This document shows positions 45,333 through 55,490 of a stretch of 64,000 nucleotides of DNA, one piece after another (position 1 is the first letter of the stretch; each line of letters starts with the position of its first letter). Below the pieces are notes generated by a model. It was not told the origin of the DNA and did not search any database. It worked only from the letters and a program-made list of their open reading frames with translations. Position numbers and translations under genes: made by a program. The DNA lies in NCBI GenBank assembly GCA_000004985.1, contig GG738859.1. One strand, written 5' to 3'. Origin of the DNA: Naegleria gruberi (Eukaryota).

Positions 45333-47972
45333 ATGAAAGAAACGAAACAAGTCATTCCAATTGTCAAATCAAAAGATGAACGAGAGGTCGATGAGGAAAA
45401 TCCAAAGGATGACACATCAAGTGATCTTTTTATTCAAGAAGATAAGAGAAAGATTGCATTCTTTGGTTCAATTAAAATGTGGCTAATTTTGATAATTTCC
45501 ATAATTGTATTGTTGACAGTTTTTATTCTGTCAGCGATTTGGTTGAGCAGTTTTATGCCATCAGTGGTTTCGTATAGTTCAGAATTGAGAGATTTTGAGT
45601 TTAACAATATTATTTCATTTGTAGAACAGTTGATTAGAGAAGTGTCAATGTCAAGTGATAATGCCAAACATTTAATGTTGAAATCACTTGATTTTTCGAA
45701 TAGAGATCAGATAGAAGTGTTGATTTATCAGTTTTATAAGCAACAAAAGGGTTACATGAAAGGAGTTGTTGTCACTTGCAATATTGGTGACAATGAAGGA
45801 AGGTAAATACTTTACAACAGTTTTAATCTTTACATTCTTAAAGACAATATGGAGTTATGGACTGGGGAGGCAAGCAAGCCTTATTCAACATCACCACAAA
45901 AGATCAACAACTTTATTATTGTAATAATTTTGATGAATTGATTATTGTAATAGAAGTTCAATTCCTGACATTCAATTAGGATTTTTTGACTTGACTGTTA
46001 TGATTACAACAGGAAATACTCATCCAAACAAAGCAACCATGTCTCTAAGTTTCATAGATGCATCACAACCACAGTATACTTTCATTACCATGTATAATTC
46101 AATGCCATTAACTCAACCAGATCCAAAAGGAAACAAATTTAAATATTATTTGGCCATTGACATGTCTGCTGAGACTATTTCTCAATATTTAGCGAATGCA
46201 ACTTCTAAAATAAGTGGTTCTAAGAGTTTTATTATTGAAATGGCAACTCAATATATGATTGCAAGTAAGTTTAACAATGAACAAGGTAAAAAGTTTACAA
46301 TAATTGAAAGATGACAATTCCAATGCAAGAGTTGCAGTTGTTAATTCAGATGGATCTGTCACAAGACAAACCTATCTCAAAATTGATAATGATGAAAGAG
46401 TTTCGTCAATTGCTCGTATATTAGAAAAAAATTATGGAACTAGTTTGAATATTAAATGCAATACCAAGTATTTGATTACATCTGCAACTGATTACATTTC
46501 AGTTTATAGATTATGCACAGATACTGATGTTGATTGGTAAGTAACCTAAACGAGCTAGAAATGTAATAATTATTCGAAATAGGTTGTTTGTGTTGGCAGT
46601 TCCTCAATGGAATTATATTAGTTCAATTGTTATTGCTGTAATTTGTGCTACTCTTGGTGCCACATTAATTGTCACAACAGGTGTAGCCATTTCCATCTTC
46701 ATTTCAGTCAGATTAGTGAAACCATTTTACAACTTGATTGATTTATTCGAAAGTGTTTCTCACATGGATTTGGATAATTTAATAATTCATGATTCCAAAT
46801 TTACAGAAGTTAAACATTTACAAACTCATTTCAAAACCATGACAGATAGAATCAAACTTTACAGAGCTTTCATTCCATCACATTTACTTTCTCAATTAGA
46901 TCAAGGAGGTGGCAACAATGAAAACAATGGAGGTCAAGATTCAAAGAAGAAACACGATGCTTCAATGGATTCCTCTCATAAATCCTCAAAAGAATCTGCT
47001 TGGAGTAGAAGTCATGCAGGAGATAGTTCAAGTTCACATCGAAGATATTCGAATGATTTGGATATTTTCTCACTTCATTTGGATCGAAAGAAATTATCCA
47101 TTGTTGCAATTCATATTGAAGGGTTGAATAGATTATTCTCTGAAATATCAGCAGGAGACTGTGTTGATTTATTGAAAGATTTCTTTGATCATTTGGGATT
47201 AGTTTGTAGAACAAGTAATGGTTATCTGGGAAATTTTGAAAATGATTTAATTTCAATTTCATTCAATGCAAGTTCAAATCAATCGAAACATTCAGAAAAA
47301 GCAGCTTCAGCATGTGTTCAATTAATGGAAAAGTTGAACACAACCAAATCAAAGAAATGGCCAAATCAATTGAAAAAGAAACCTCACTTGATTGAAATTG
47401 TTAAATTTAGATTTGCAATTTGTGTTCAAGAATCATTGTGTGGAAATTTGGGATCTAATGATTTTAAGAATTTCACAGTTATTTCAAGTGCCAAATTCAA
47501 TTTGGAATGCATGTTGGATGTTGCATCAAAATTGAATTTGAATATTGTATTATCTGATAGAGTATTTGCAAATTTAGAAGAACATTATCAAATGAGATAT
47601 GTTTATACGAAAGAATTAATTCCAGATTCACATTATTCATCTCCATTTATTCAACACAAAGAAAATGAAAGAGCACCAATTGAACCAACACATATTTATG
47701 AATTGGGTGAAAGCTTACATATTGGAATGGATGGTAAGTTTACAATATTTAATAATATTTCGAAATATTTACAATTTAACAATTTATTAGAATGGATGTA
47801 TGAATTACAAGAAAAGGAAAAGAAAGCAAAATGGACCAAATACAATCAAGCTTGCAAACTCTTCTTCTCAAATCAATTCGAAGAAGCTAAGGAACTCTTC
47901 AAAGAATATCATGAACTCAACAATGATGTGGCGGCTGAATTACTAATGCACAAATGTTCCAAAATTAATTAA
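45333..47972 (+). CDS. receptor-type cyclase-homology-domain protein, copy 1 (5 exons; carries a -1 frameshift in exon 2, so a possible pseudogene or assembly error)
   Basis: Exons 45333..45802, 45844..46264, 46311..46536, 46583..47733, 47791..47972, all with GTAAAT/GTAAGT donors. Topology: short cytoplasmic N-terminus, TM1 (IAFFGSIKMWLILIISIIVLLTVFILSAIWLSSF), ~330-aa extracellular domain, TM2 (LFVLAVPQWNYISSIVIAVICATLGATLIVTTGVAISIFISV), Ser-rich linker, CHD (SIVAIHIEGLNRLF..GYLGNFENDLISISF..FRFAICVQESLCGNLG..FNLECMLD). Relative to copy 2, one C is missing near 45937 (GAATTGATTATTGT vs GAACTTGATTATTGT), giving an in-frame TAG at 45977..45979. The last intron (57 nt) is in-frame and stop-free, so the track ORF reads through it. 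Confidence 0.6.
47031..47727. repeat. near-100% identical inverted-repeat tract (partner at ~53073..53763): putative gene-conversion segment within the diverged paralog pair
   Basis: Direct reading: the reverse complements of 53701..53760 and 53101..53160 are base-for-base identical to the corresponding copy-1 sequence, including synonymous sites. The encoded 231 aa (SSHRRYSNDLD..ELGESLH) are identical. Outside the tract the copies differ (extracellular domain ~70-75% aa identity). The left boundary has a small indel (copy 1 has extra GGAGATAGTTCA). Confidence 0.8.
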
Positions 47973-48303
47973 GATTGATCTCATAAAGATAAATTAAAAC
48001 ATAAACCAGTATAAGTATGCAATTTTTCAAAAACTCAAAATTCTAATCCGCCTTCTTATCAATAATTGATACTTCTGGATGGAAAATGAATATCTCAGTA
48101 AGATGACTCAATTGACCAATTAAACCAAGGCTGGAAAGCCGTTATGGTGATAAATCTCAGGGTGGACTTGGGCTTTCATCTCCAGTTGATATAAGTCACA
48201 GATGCCGTCACCCCATAACACTTAAACGCTGAACCGAATTACTGGTTGTAGACCTCGTCTCTCAGGTCTTTACGATACAAGAGACGTTAATAAATATTAC
48301 AAT

Positions 48304-51300
48304 TTATTTTTGGAGAAATATTCTAAAATTGCTAAGAACTTCTTCTAAGTTACCTCCAGTTTCATTAATCATTTTACTACCCTTCGCATAATTCTGCTCG
48401 ATATCCAATCCATACATGTATATTACTCCTAACTTTTGCTTTGCATCTATATCACTATCGTCAAATTCAAGAGCCCTTGTATACCACACAAAAGCTTCCT
48501 TGAAATCATTCTTAAATGCATGAAAATCTGCAAGAATCGTCATGCTGTCTTTAACTTGCATTTCTATTGCCTTATTGATCCAATACAAGAATAGTGCGTC
48601 GTCTTGATCCACTCCCTCGCCATGCATATATGAAATAGCAACATTTTTCATTGAATTACTGTCCCCAATAAGTGCAGCTTGTAAGCTGTATTGGAAAGAT
48701 TTTTGAAGATTATCTGAGTCGAAATAAATGGTTGATAATTTTGTCATGCAATATATATTTCCCAATTCGGCTCCTTTGGTGTAGTAAGGGATGGGATCAC
48801 CATTCGAATTGAAATAGTAATAATCTCCTAGTTTCATAAATGCTTCATCGTTGTTGTGAAGAGAAGATCTTTCGAATAATGAAAGAGCTTTTTTCAAGTC
48901 TTTCTCATATCCGATTTCAACACTTCCAATTTCGTACAATTCGCCCAAGTAGTTGAGAGCAGGACCATAGTCGTATCTAGCTGCTAGCTCTATTAATTTT
49001 AGTCCAAACCTTTCGTTTGATAAAACCTTGGACTTTCCAAAATCGAAGCAAGCTTTCGGATCAAAAAGAATTTTGTTCCTTACTTGCTTCACCTCTTGTA
49101 GTACAGTAATAAGAGTCTTTCCAAAAAGTAAATTAATTCCCAATTCTAATTGTAAGCCTTCTTGAGCAGCACAAAACAATTCTTGTTTCAAAAACTCTTC
49201 ATAATTTGGCATTTCAGAGTTGATCTCATAAACAGAACAGGAAAAGTCAATTTTCAGTTTCTTTGGTACCAATTCTCGATTAGTAAATTGTGTTTCATCA
49301 AACCCAGATATAAACAGAACATGCTTGTTGGATATCACGGATTCAATTGCAGTTTTCATTCCGCTTTCTGATAAATTTTGAATGGTTGTTTTAAGATTGA
49401 ACAAAACTAGCTCTTTTGATTGGATCGTAAAAAATTCGTACATTAAATTGAAAAACTCTGCAAGAAACTGAGCTCTATGTTTGATAGTAAGTGCTCTCCC
49501 AATAAATTCGCTTATTTTCTTCATGATTTTTTCTCCAAAATTATTGGAAGTATTTGCAAGTAATAGGTCGAAAATCTCCAATCTAATACTTTCCAAAATG
49601 TGATCCTTATCATTTTGTACAGATATGCGTATATTGTGCTCTTTCAGTTCCAGAGTTTTAGTTATGCAATCAACCATTTGTTGATATACTTCAGAAGCAA
49701 GAGAAGAGCTTTTTTTCAAGGCACCTCTTTTCGATTGATGGTAGTGAGGATATCCAGGGAAATTATCTATAAATCTCAAATCCTCTTCTCTAGTTGCTAC
49801 AGAAATTACACCATTCTTTGGAGAGCCCACTGCATGATTGACAATTTCACAAAGTCTTCTCATTTCCTTATTCCAATTTTCATCATTTGTCCAGTTAGAT
49901 CCATGATGGTCTACGTAGGCATGTCTTACTCCAACCCAATCTTTAAAAACATCTGGTTCAAATGGACGAATATCTTCTTGTTTGATTTCTTCATCAAACA
50001 AGCCAGGTTCAAATATTTTGACATTATCTACAATTAAATCATCCCAGCATACAAAGAATTGATCTCCGTCCAAATCTGATCCTGATATCATATTTGGTAC
50101 AGGTCTTTTACCTTTTGATGAAAAAACAATAACATCACACAAGTGAGATAATTTGGGATAGTAAACTGCTTTGATTTTTCTCAAGTCACCTCTATGAAGA
50201 CAAGGTTCTTTTGTCAATACAATTTCTTTCTGTAGAACTTGTTTGTGACTTGGATTTTTAAATGAAGAAATCTGAACAAATACCTCTCCTTCATTGAGGA
50301 CTTCATAAGGATCTACCACTCCATATAATCTTCTTGAATTTGAGAATGGAATTTTCAATGATGTTATGAGACTCTTGTATGGACCAGCCAGAAATGCAAA
50401 TCCTTTGTTTTTTGTGGTTGAGAGAACATTAAGGGAAATCAAATTATTATCTTTCATATATTGCCTCGCAATAACTTCAGTATCTTCATGAACGTATTTG
50501 TCTAAAGAGTTTTGAACGTGAGCAGATGCCATCTCTAATACTCTCTTTCTCACTTCTCCGTTAGAATCACATCCACTCAGTAAGTGCATGATTGTAGAGT
50601 TGACTCTTGTTAATTCGCATGGACTGGAATGACCAACTATTTGAAGAGTGCTAAAACTTTGGTCAACTTTTTCATTAGTTTTACATTTGACCATTGATTC
50701 TCTCAGTACAATGTGAACTCTATACTTTTCAAATGTTTCAGTATTAACAACAAGCATTCCTTTTGCTCCTCTAAATCTAATTTGAAACGCTGAAGGAATG
50801 TAAGAGCTATCAGAAAACAAATCAAAACCACGTTGCTCATCATATCCAATTTCATCTTCCTCTTGATCAGTTTTTATCAAAACTCTATTTTCGGCATTCA
50901 AGATGTGTTTGTAAACTTTCTTAGCCATGTCTGGAGAAATAAATCCACAACCATCTGTAAAGTTGAAACCATCTCTTTCAATATCTGGAATTACTGTGAA
51001 ATATTGAATGATTTCTGTTGGGATCACTGGTGTATTATAAAGAGCCAATCTAATTCTCTGCTTTAATATATTTTTCGAATCATACAGAGTTGGATTAAGC
51101 TCTTTAGGAATTGCCCATTCTTTAATTTGTTCAACAGTTGAGAGCTTTCTTGTTGGATCCTGCGTATTTGCTAATTGAGGGCAACAATACACATACTTAT
51201 ATGAATGCATTCCACTAGTATTTTGGCAAAGAATATTAAATTGATATTTTCCAAATTTGAAAGGTAATGGATTGATATTGTCTTTAAATGCTTTCTTCCA

Positions 51301-52071
51301 AGTTATCAACTCATTTCTAAATCTTGATTGATGTTTCAATTTCTTGATGTACTCCTTATCAAACACATCATTAATAATATCAGTATCCTGTTTCAGAATT
51401 TTCATTTTGGTCAACAGGAAGAAAAAATCGATTTCTTCAAAGCTAAATGGATTGAGAATAGAACCATTCATTTGTTCATCTCGAACCATTCTTTGAGATT
51501 TCAATCCCATTCTCGAGAATATAAACGATACATTCAATATGCAATCACCTCCAAACTCTTGTCTAAATCTTCCAATAACAAAATTGTCTTTTGGTGAGCT
51601 TTTAAATATAACACATAGCTCTGCTTTCTCAGCAGCAATAAAAGAATAGAACGTAATTGACCTCATTCTACTCAATTTCAATCCTGCCCTTCCATCAGAA
51701 TACGATTTATCATCTTTTCCTTCCAAAAACCAGTTGTTGATACTTTCCAAACCTTCGGGGTAGGTAACTATTACCTTCTTACTAACTTTCTTCATTAATT
51801 CGAATCTCTGATCGAAGGACATACCTGAATAACCTTCCCCTCTGAGATGACTCAATCTGGCAAGACAAATACCAGCATCATGTTCATTCCGAATCAATGG
51901 AAGTGTTTTATTTCGAGAAAGATGATAACAGTAGAAGAGATTATCTATTAATTGCTCGGTGGACGAATTTGCTGTTGTTTGATTGTTAGAATCATTCTGT
52001 TTGAAGGGCATTTCATGGTTTTTGTTAATGGAGAAAAGTTTGGGAAGGTTTGCAGTGAATTGTGTGAACAT
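48304..52071 (-). CDS. cellular RNA-dependent RNA polymerase (RDR/QDE-1 family) fused to C-terminal Sel1-like repeats, 1255 aa, single exon
   Basis: ATG 52071..52069, TAA 48306..48304. RdRP catalytic region ..PCLHRGDLRKIKAVYYPKLSHLCDVIVFSSKGKRPVPNMISGSDLDGDQFFVCWDD (DxDGD motif; cf. plant RDR ..VVFPQKG.RPHPNECSGSDLDGD.YFVSWD) at ~50050..50095. The last ~230 aa are Sel1/TPR-like repeats (..AISYMHGEGVDQDDALFLYWINKAIEMQ..; ..LGVIYMYGLDIEQNYAKG..). Confidence 0.85.
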   Translation of the reverse strand: MFTQFTANLPKLFSINKNHEMPFKQNDSNNQTTANSSTEQLIDNLFYCYHLSRNKTLPLIRNEHDAGICLARLSHLRGEGYSGMSFDQRFELMKKVSKKVIVTYPEGLESINNWFLEGKDDKSYSDGRAGLKLSRMRSITFYSFIAAEKAELCVIFKSSPKDNFVIGRFRQEFGGDCILNVSFIFSRMGLKSQRMVRDEQMNGSILNPFSFEEIDFFFLLTKMKILKQDTDIINDVFDKEYIKKLKHQSRFRNELITWKKAFKDNINPLPFKFGKYQFNILCQNTSGMHSYKYVYCCPQLANTQDPTRKLSTVEQIKEWAIPKELNPTLYDSKNILKQRIRLALYNTPVIPTEIIQYFTVIPDIERDGFNFTDGCGFISPDMAKKVYKHILNAENRVLIKTDQEEDEIGYDEQRGFDLFSDSSYIPSAFQIRFRGAKGMLVVNTETFEKYRVHIVLRESMVKCKTNEKVDQSFSTLQIVGHSSPCELTRVNSTIMHLLSGCDSNGEVRKRVLEMASAHVQNSLDKYVHEDTEVIARQYMKDNNLISLNVLSTTKNKGFAFLAGPYKSLITSLKIPFSNSRRLYGVVDPYEVLNEGEVFVQISSFKNPSHKQVLQKEIVLTKEPCLHRGDLRKIKAVYYPKLSHLCDVIVFSSKGKRPVPNMISGSDLDGDQFFVCWDDLIVDNVKIFEPGLFDEEIKQEDIRPFEPDVFKDWVGVRHAYVDHHGSNWTNDENWNKEMRRLCEIVNHAVGSPKNGVISVATREEDLRFIDNFPGYPHYHQSKRGALKKSSSLASEVYQQMVDCITKTLELKEHNIRISVQNDKDHILESIRLEIFDLLLANTSNNFGEKIMKKISEFIGRALTIKHRAQFLAEFFNLMYEFFTIQSKELVLFNLKTTIQNLSESGMKTAIESVISNKHVLFISGFDETQFTNRELVPKKLKIDFSCSVYEINSEMPNYEEFLKQELFCAAQEGLQLELGINLLFGKTLITVLQEVKQVRNKILFDPKACFDFGKSKVLSNERFGLKLIELAARYDYGPALNYLGELYEIGSVEIGYEKDLKKALSLFERSSLHNNDEAFMKLGDYYYFNSNGDPIPYYTKGAELGNIYCMTKLSTIYFDSDNLQKSFQYSLQAALIGDSNSMKNVAISYMHGEGVDQDDALFLYWINKAIEMQVKDSMTILADFHAFKNDFKEAFVWYTRALEFDDSDIDAKQKLGVIYMYGLDIEQNYAKGSKMINETGGNLEEVLSNFRIFLQK

Positions 52072-52806
52072 TTTTTATGTTTGTATGAGATTTGAGAGTT
52101 AAATTTAGTGCGAATAAATTTGTGTTTTGAATTCCCAAGCCAATTTATTTTAAAATTCCGTCCTGATTATAATCTTTGAATGAAGTACAAAAGCAACTTG
52201 GTTGATAAAAAACAAAACAACTACAGAAGTAACGAAACTACGCACTTTTTGAGATGTTTACAAGTGTTTAATGCATAGAATTGGATAAATTCGTCATCAC
52301 TGGTGGATCTACTGGACAAGTTGAAAACTGTCAATGTAGTATTGTTCGGAAGTCAATAGTAGGTAGGAGAACTTTCTCTTATCAATTTTGGTCAAGTTAT
52401 GTGAATTTTGAAAAAGTATGGACCATAACTCAACATGAATGGAGCAACACTTTTCTATTATATTCAATGAATAAGGGATGAGAAACACTCATTTGAAGAA
52501 GATAGATTTCCAGTGATATTTTCTCTCTCTATACAATTTATTATTTCAAAATCTGTTAAATTAAAATATTGGAGTGGTAATTGTTGAAAATTAAGAGAAA
52601 AATCTTTCCTGCTACATTCCATTCGCCAATTATGTTAATCTTTTGTAAGCAAATTGGAAAAGTTGACTGAGTTTAAGATTAACAAGTTCAGTTTATACTA
52701 TTCCTCAATTTGGTGTTTTAAAAGTCAAGTTGTTAGTTAAGAATAGTTTTTTTCAAATACTGGAATCATTGAATAGAAGTGAAATAATAAAATAACATAA
52801 AAGAAA

Positions 52807-55490
52807 CTACAATTCACTAATAGGTGTTGTAGTTGAACATTTTTTAATCATCAATTCAGCTGCCACATCATTGTTGAGTTCATGAAATTCCTGGAATAAT
52901 TCTCTAGCTTCTTCGAATTGATTTGAGAAGAAGAGTTTGCAAGCTTGATTGTATTTGGTCCATTTTGCTTTCTTTTCCTTTTCTTGTAATTCATACATCC
53001 ATTCTAATAAATAGTTAAATTATAAATATTTCGACAAATTATTAAATATTGTAAACTTACCATCCATTCCAACATGTAAGCTTTCACCCAATTCATAAAT
53101 ATGTGTTGGTTCAATTGGTGCTCTTTCATTTTCTTTGTGTTGAATAAATGGAGATGAATAATGTGAATCTGGAATTAATTCTTTCGTATAAACATATCTC
53201 ATTTGATAATGTTCTTCTAAATTTGCAAATACTCTATCAGATAATACAATATTCAAATTCAATTTTGATGCAACATCCAACATGCATTCCAAATTGAATT
53301 TGGCACTTGAAATAACTGTGAAATTCTTAAAATCATTCGATCCTAAATTTCCACACAATGATTCTTGAACACAAATTGCAAATCTAAATTTAACAATTTC
53401 AATCAAGTGAGGTTTCTTTTTCAATTGATTTGGCCATTTCTTTGATTTGGTTGTGTTCAACTTTTCCATTAATTGAACACATGCTGAAGCTGCTTTTTCT
53501 GAATGTTTTGATTGATTTGAACTTGCATTGAATGAAATTGAAATTAAATCATTTTCAAAATTTCCCAGATAACCATTACTTGTTCTACAAACTAATCCCA
53601 AATGATCAAAGAAATCTTTCAATAAATCAACACAGTCTCCTGCTGATATTTCAGAGAATAATCTATTCAATCCTTCAATATGAATTGCAACAATGGATAA
53701 TTTCTTTCGATCCAAATGAAGTGAGAAAATATCCAAATCATTCGAATATCTTCGATGTGAACTAGAGGCATGACTTCTACTCAAGCTAGATTGTTTGGAG
53801 TCTAATCTCGAAGATCTCTGAGAGGATTTATGAGAGGAAGCCATAGAAATGGAATCATTTTCATGAGCTTTCTTTTTGGCGTCAACATGATCTCCTCCTT
53901 GATCTAATTGAGAAAGTAAATGTGATGGAATGAATGCTCTGTAAAGTTTGATTCTATCTGTCATGGTTTTGAAATGATTTTGTAAATGTTTCACTTCTGT
54001 AAATTTGGAATCATTAATTACTAAATTATCCAAATCCATATGAGAAACACTTTCGAATAAATCAATCAAGTTGTAAAATGGTTTCACTAGTTTGACTGAA
54101 ATAATGACAGATGTTATAACACCTGCAGAAATTATAATACATGCGCCTAGAGTAGCACAAATTACAGCAATAACAATTGAACTAATATAATTCCATTGAG
54201 GAACTGCCAACACAAACAACCTATTTCGAATAATTATTATAGAGTTCGAAATTGATTTGCTAACTTACCAATCAACATCAGTATCTGTGCATAATCTATA
54301 AACTGAAATGTAATCAGTTGCAGATGTAATTAATGATTTGTTTCCACATCCAATAGTATCCAATTCTGTTCCCAATTCCGAAGCCAATACCTTGGCGATT
54401 GACGAAACTCTTTCATCATTATCAATTTTGAGATAGGTTTGTCTTGTGACAGATCCATCTGAATTAACAACTGCAACTCTTGCATTAGAATTGTCATCTT
54501 TCAATTATTGTAAACTTTTTACCTTTTTCATTGTTAAACTTACTTGCAATAATGTATTGAGTTGCCATTTCAATAATAAAACTCTTTGAACCACTCAATT
54601 TCAACGTGACCTGTGCCAAATATTGAGAAATAGTCTCAGCAGACAAATCTGTTCCTAAGTAATATTTAAATTTGTTTCCTTTCGAATCTGGTTGAGGTAA
54701 CGCAATAGAATTAACCATTGTAATGAAAGTATACTGTGGTTGTGATGCATCTATGAAACTATTAGTGATGGTTGGTTTTCCTGGATGTGCATTTCCAGCA
54801 TTAATCAAAATTGTCAAATCAAAAAATCCTAATTGAATATCTGGAGTTGAACTTCTATTACAATAATCAAGTTCATCAAAGTTATTACAATAATAAAGTT
54901 GTTGATCTTTGGTGGTGATGTTGAATAATGTAGGTTTTCCTCCCCAGTCCATAATTCCATATTGTCTTAAGAAATTAATGAAATATTGTAAAGATTAAAA
55001 CTTTTGTAAAGTACTTACGTACTTACCTTCCTTCATTGTCACCAATGTGATTTGTAACAACTAAACCTTTAAGATAGGTCCACTGTTGTTTCAAAAACTG
55101 ATAAATCAACACTTCTATCTGATCTCTATTCGAAAAGTCAAGTGTTTTCATCATTAAATGTTTACCAGTTTCACTTGTCATTTTTACTTCTCTAATTGTT
55201 TGTTTGACAAATGCAATAATATTATCAAATTCAAAATCTCTTAGTTCCTTGCTATATTCAACAACTGAAGGAATGAAACTACTCAACCAAATTGCTGACA
55301 GGATAAAAACTGTCAATAATACAATTACAGAAATAATTAGAATCAACCACATTTTAATTGAACCAAAGAATGCAATCTTTCTTGCGTCTTGTTGAAAATT
55401 ATCGCTTGAAGTATCTTCGATAGGTTGAGTATTATCTTCTGTTGCATCGTGCTGGGATCTGACAGGAATGACTTGTGTCGTTTCTTTCAT
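52807..55490 (-). CDS. receptor-type cyclase-homology-domain protein, copy 2 (intact paralog of the gene at 45333..47972, inverted), 5 exons, ~823 aa
   Basis: Exons complement(55027..55490), (54544..54965), (54269..54497), (53061..54220), (52807..53003). Introns of 61, 46, 48 and 57 nt at positions homologous to copy 1. Start chosen at the conserved AAAATCATAAAAAAATGAAAGAAACG context; an upstream in-frame ATG at 55544 is an alternative. Same 2-TM + extracellular domain + CHD architecture as copy 1. The C-terminal ~231 aa are identical to copy 1. Confidence 0.7.

Noticed and set aside
46304-46540. Short stand-alone ORFs 45991..46314 and 46304..46540 (and homologs 54494..54952, 54265..54504)
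   Set aside because: They are internal exons of the receptor-type cyclase-homology genes. Their 'M' starts are TTG codons from the ORF caller. I also rejected a 24-nt intron (GTAAAA..) in favour of the 46-nt GTAAGT intron at the same site.
48230-48290. Possible 5S rRNA or snRNA in the GC island
   Set aside because: GACCTCGTCTCTCAGGTC superficially resembles 5S helix III (GATCTCGTCTGATCTC), but the flanks do not fit 5S, U1, U2, U4, U5 or U6 consensus. Kept only as a generic ncRNA candidate.
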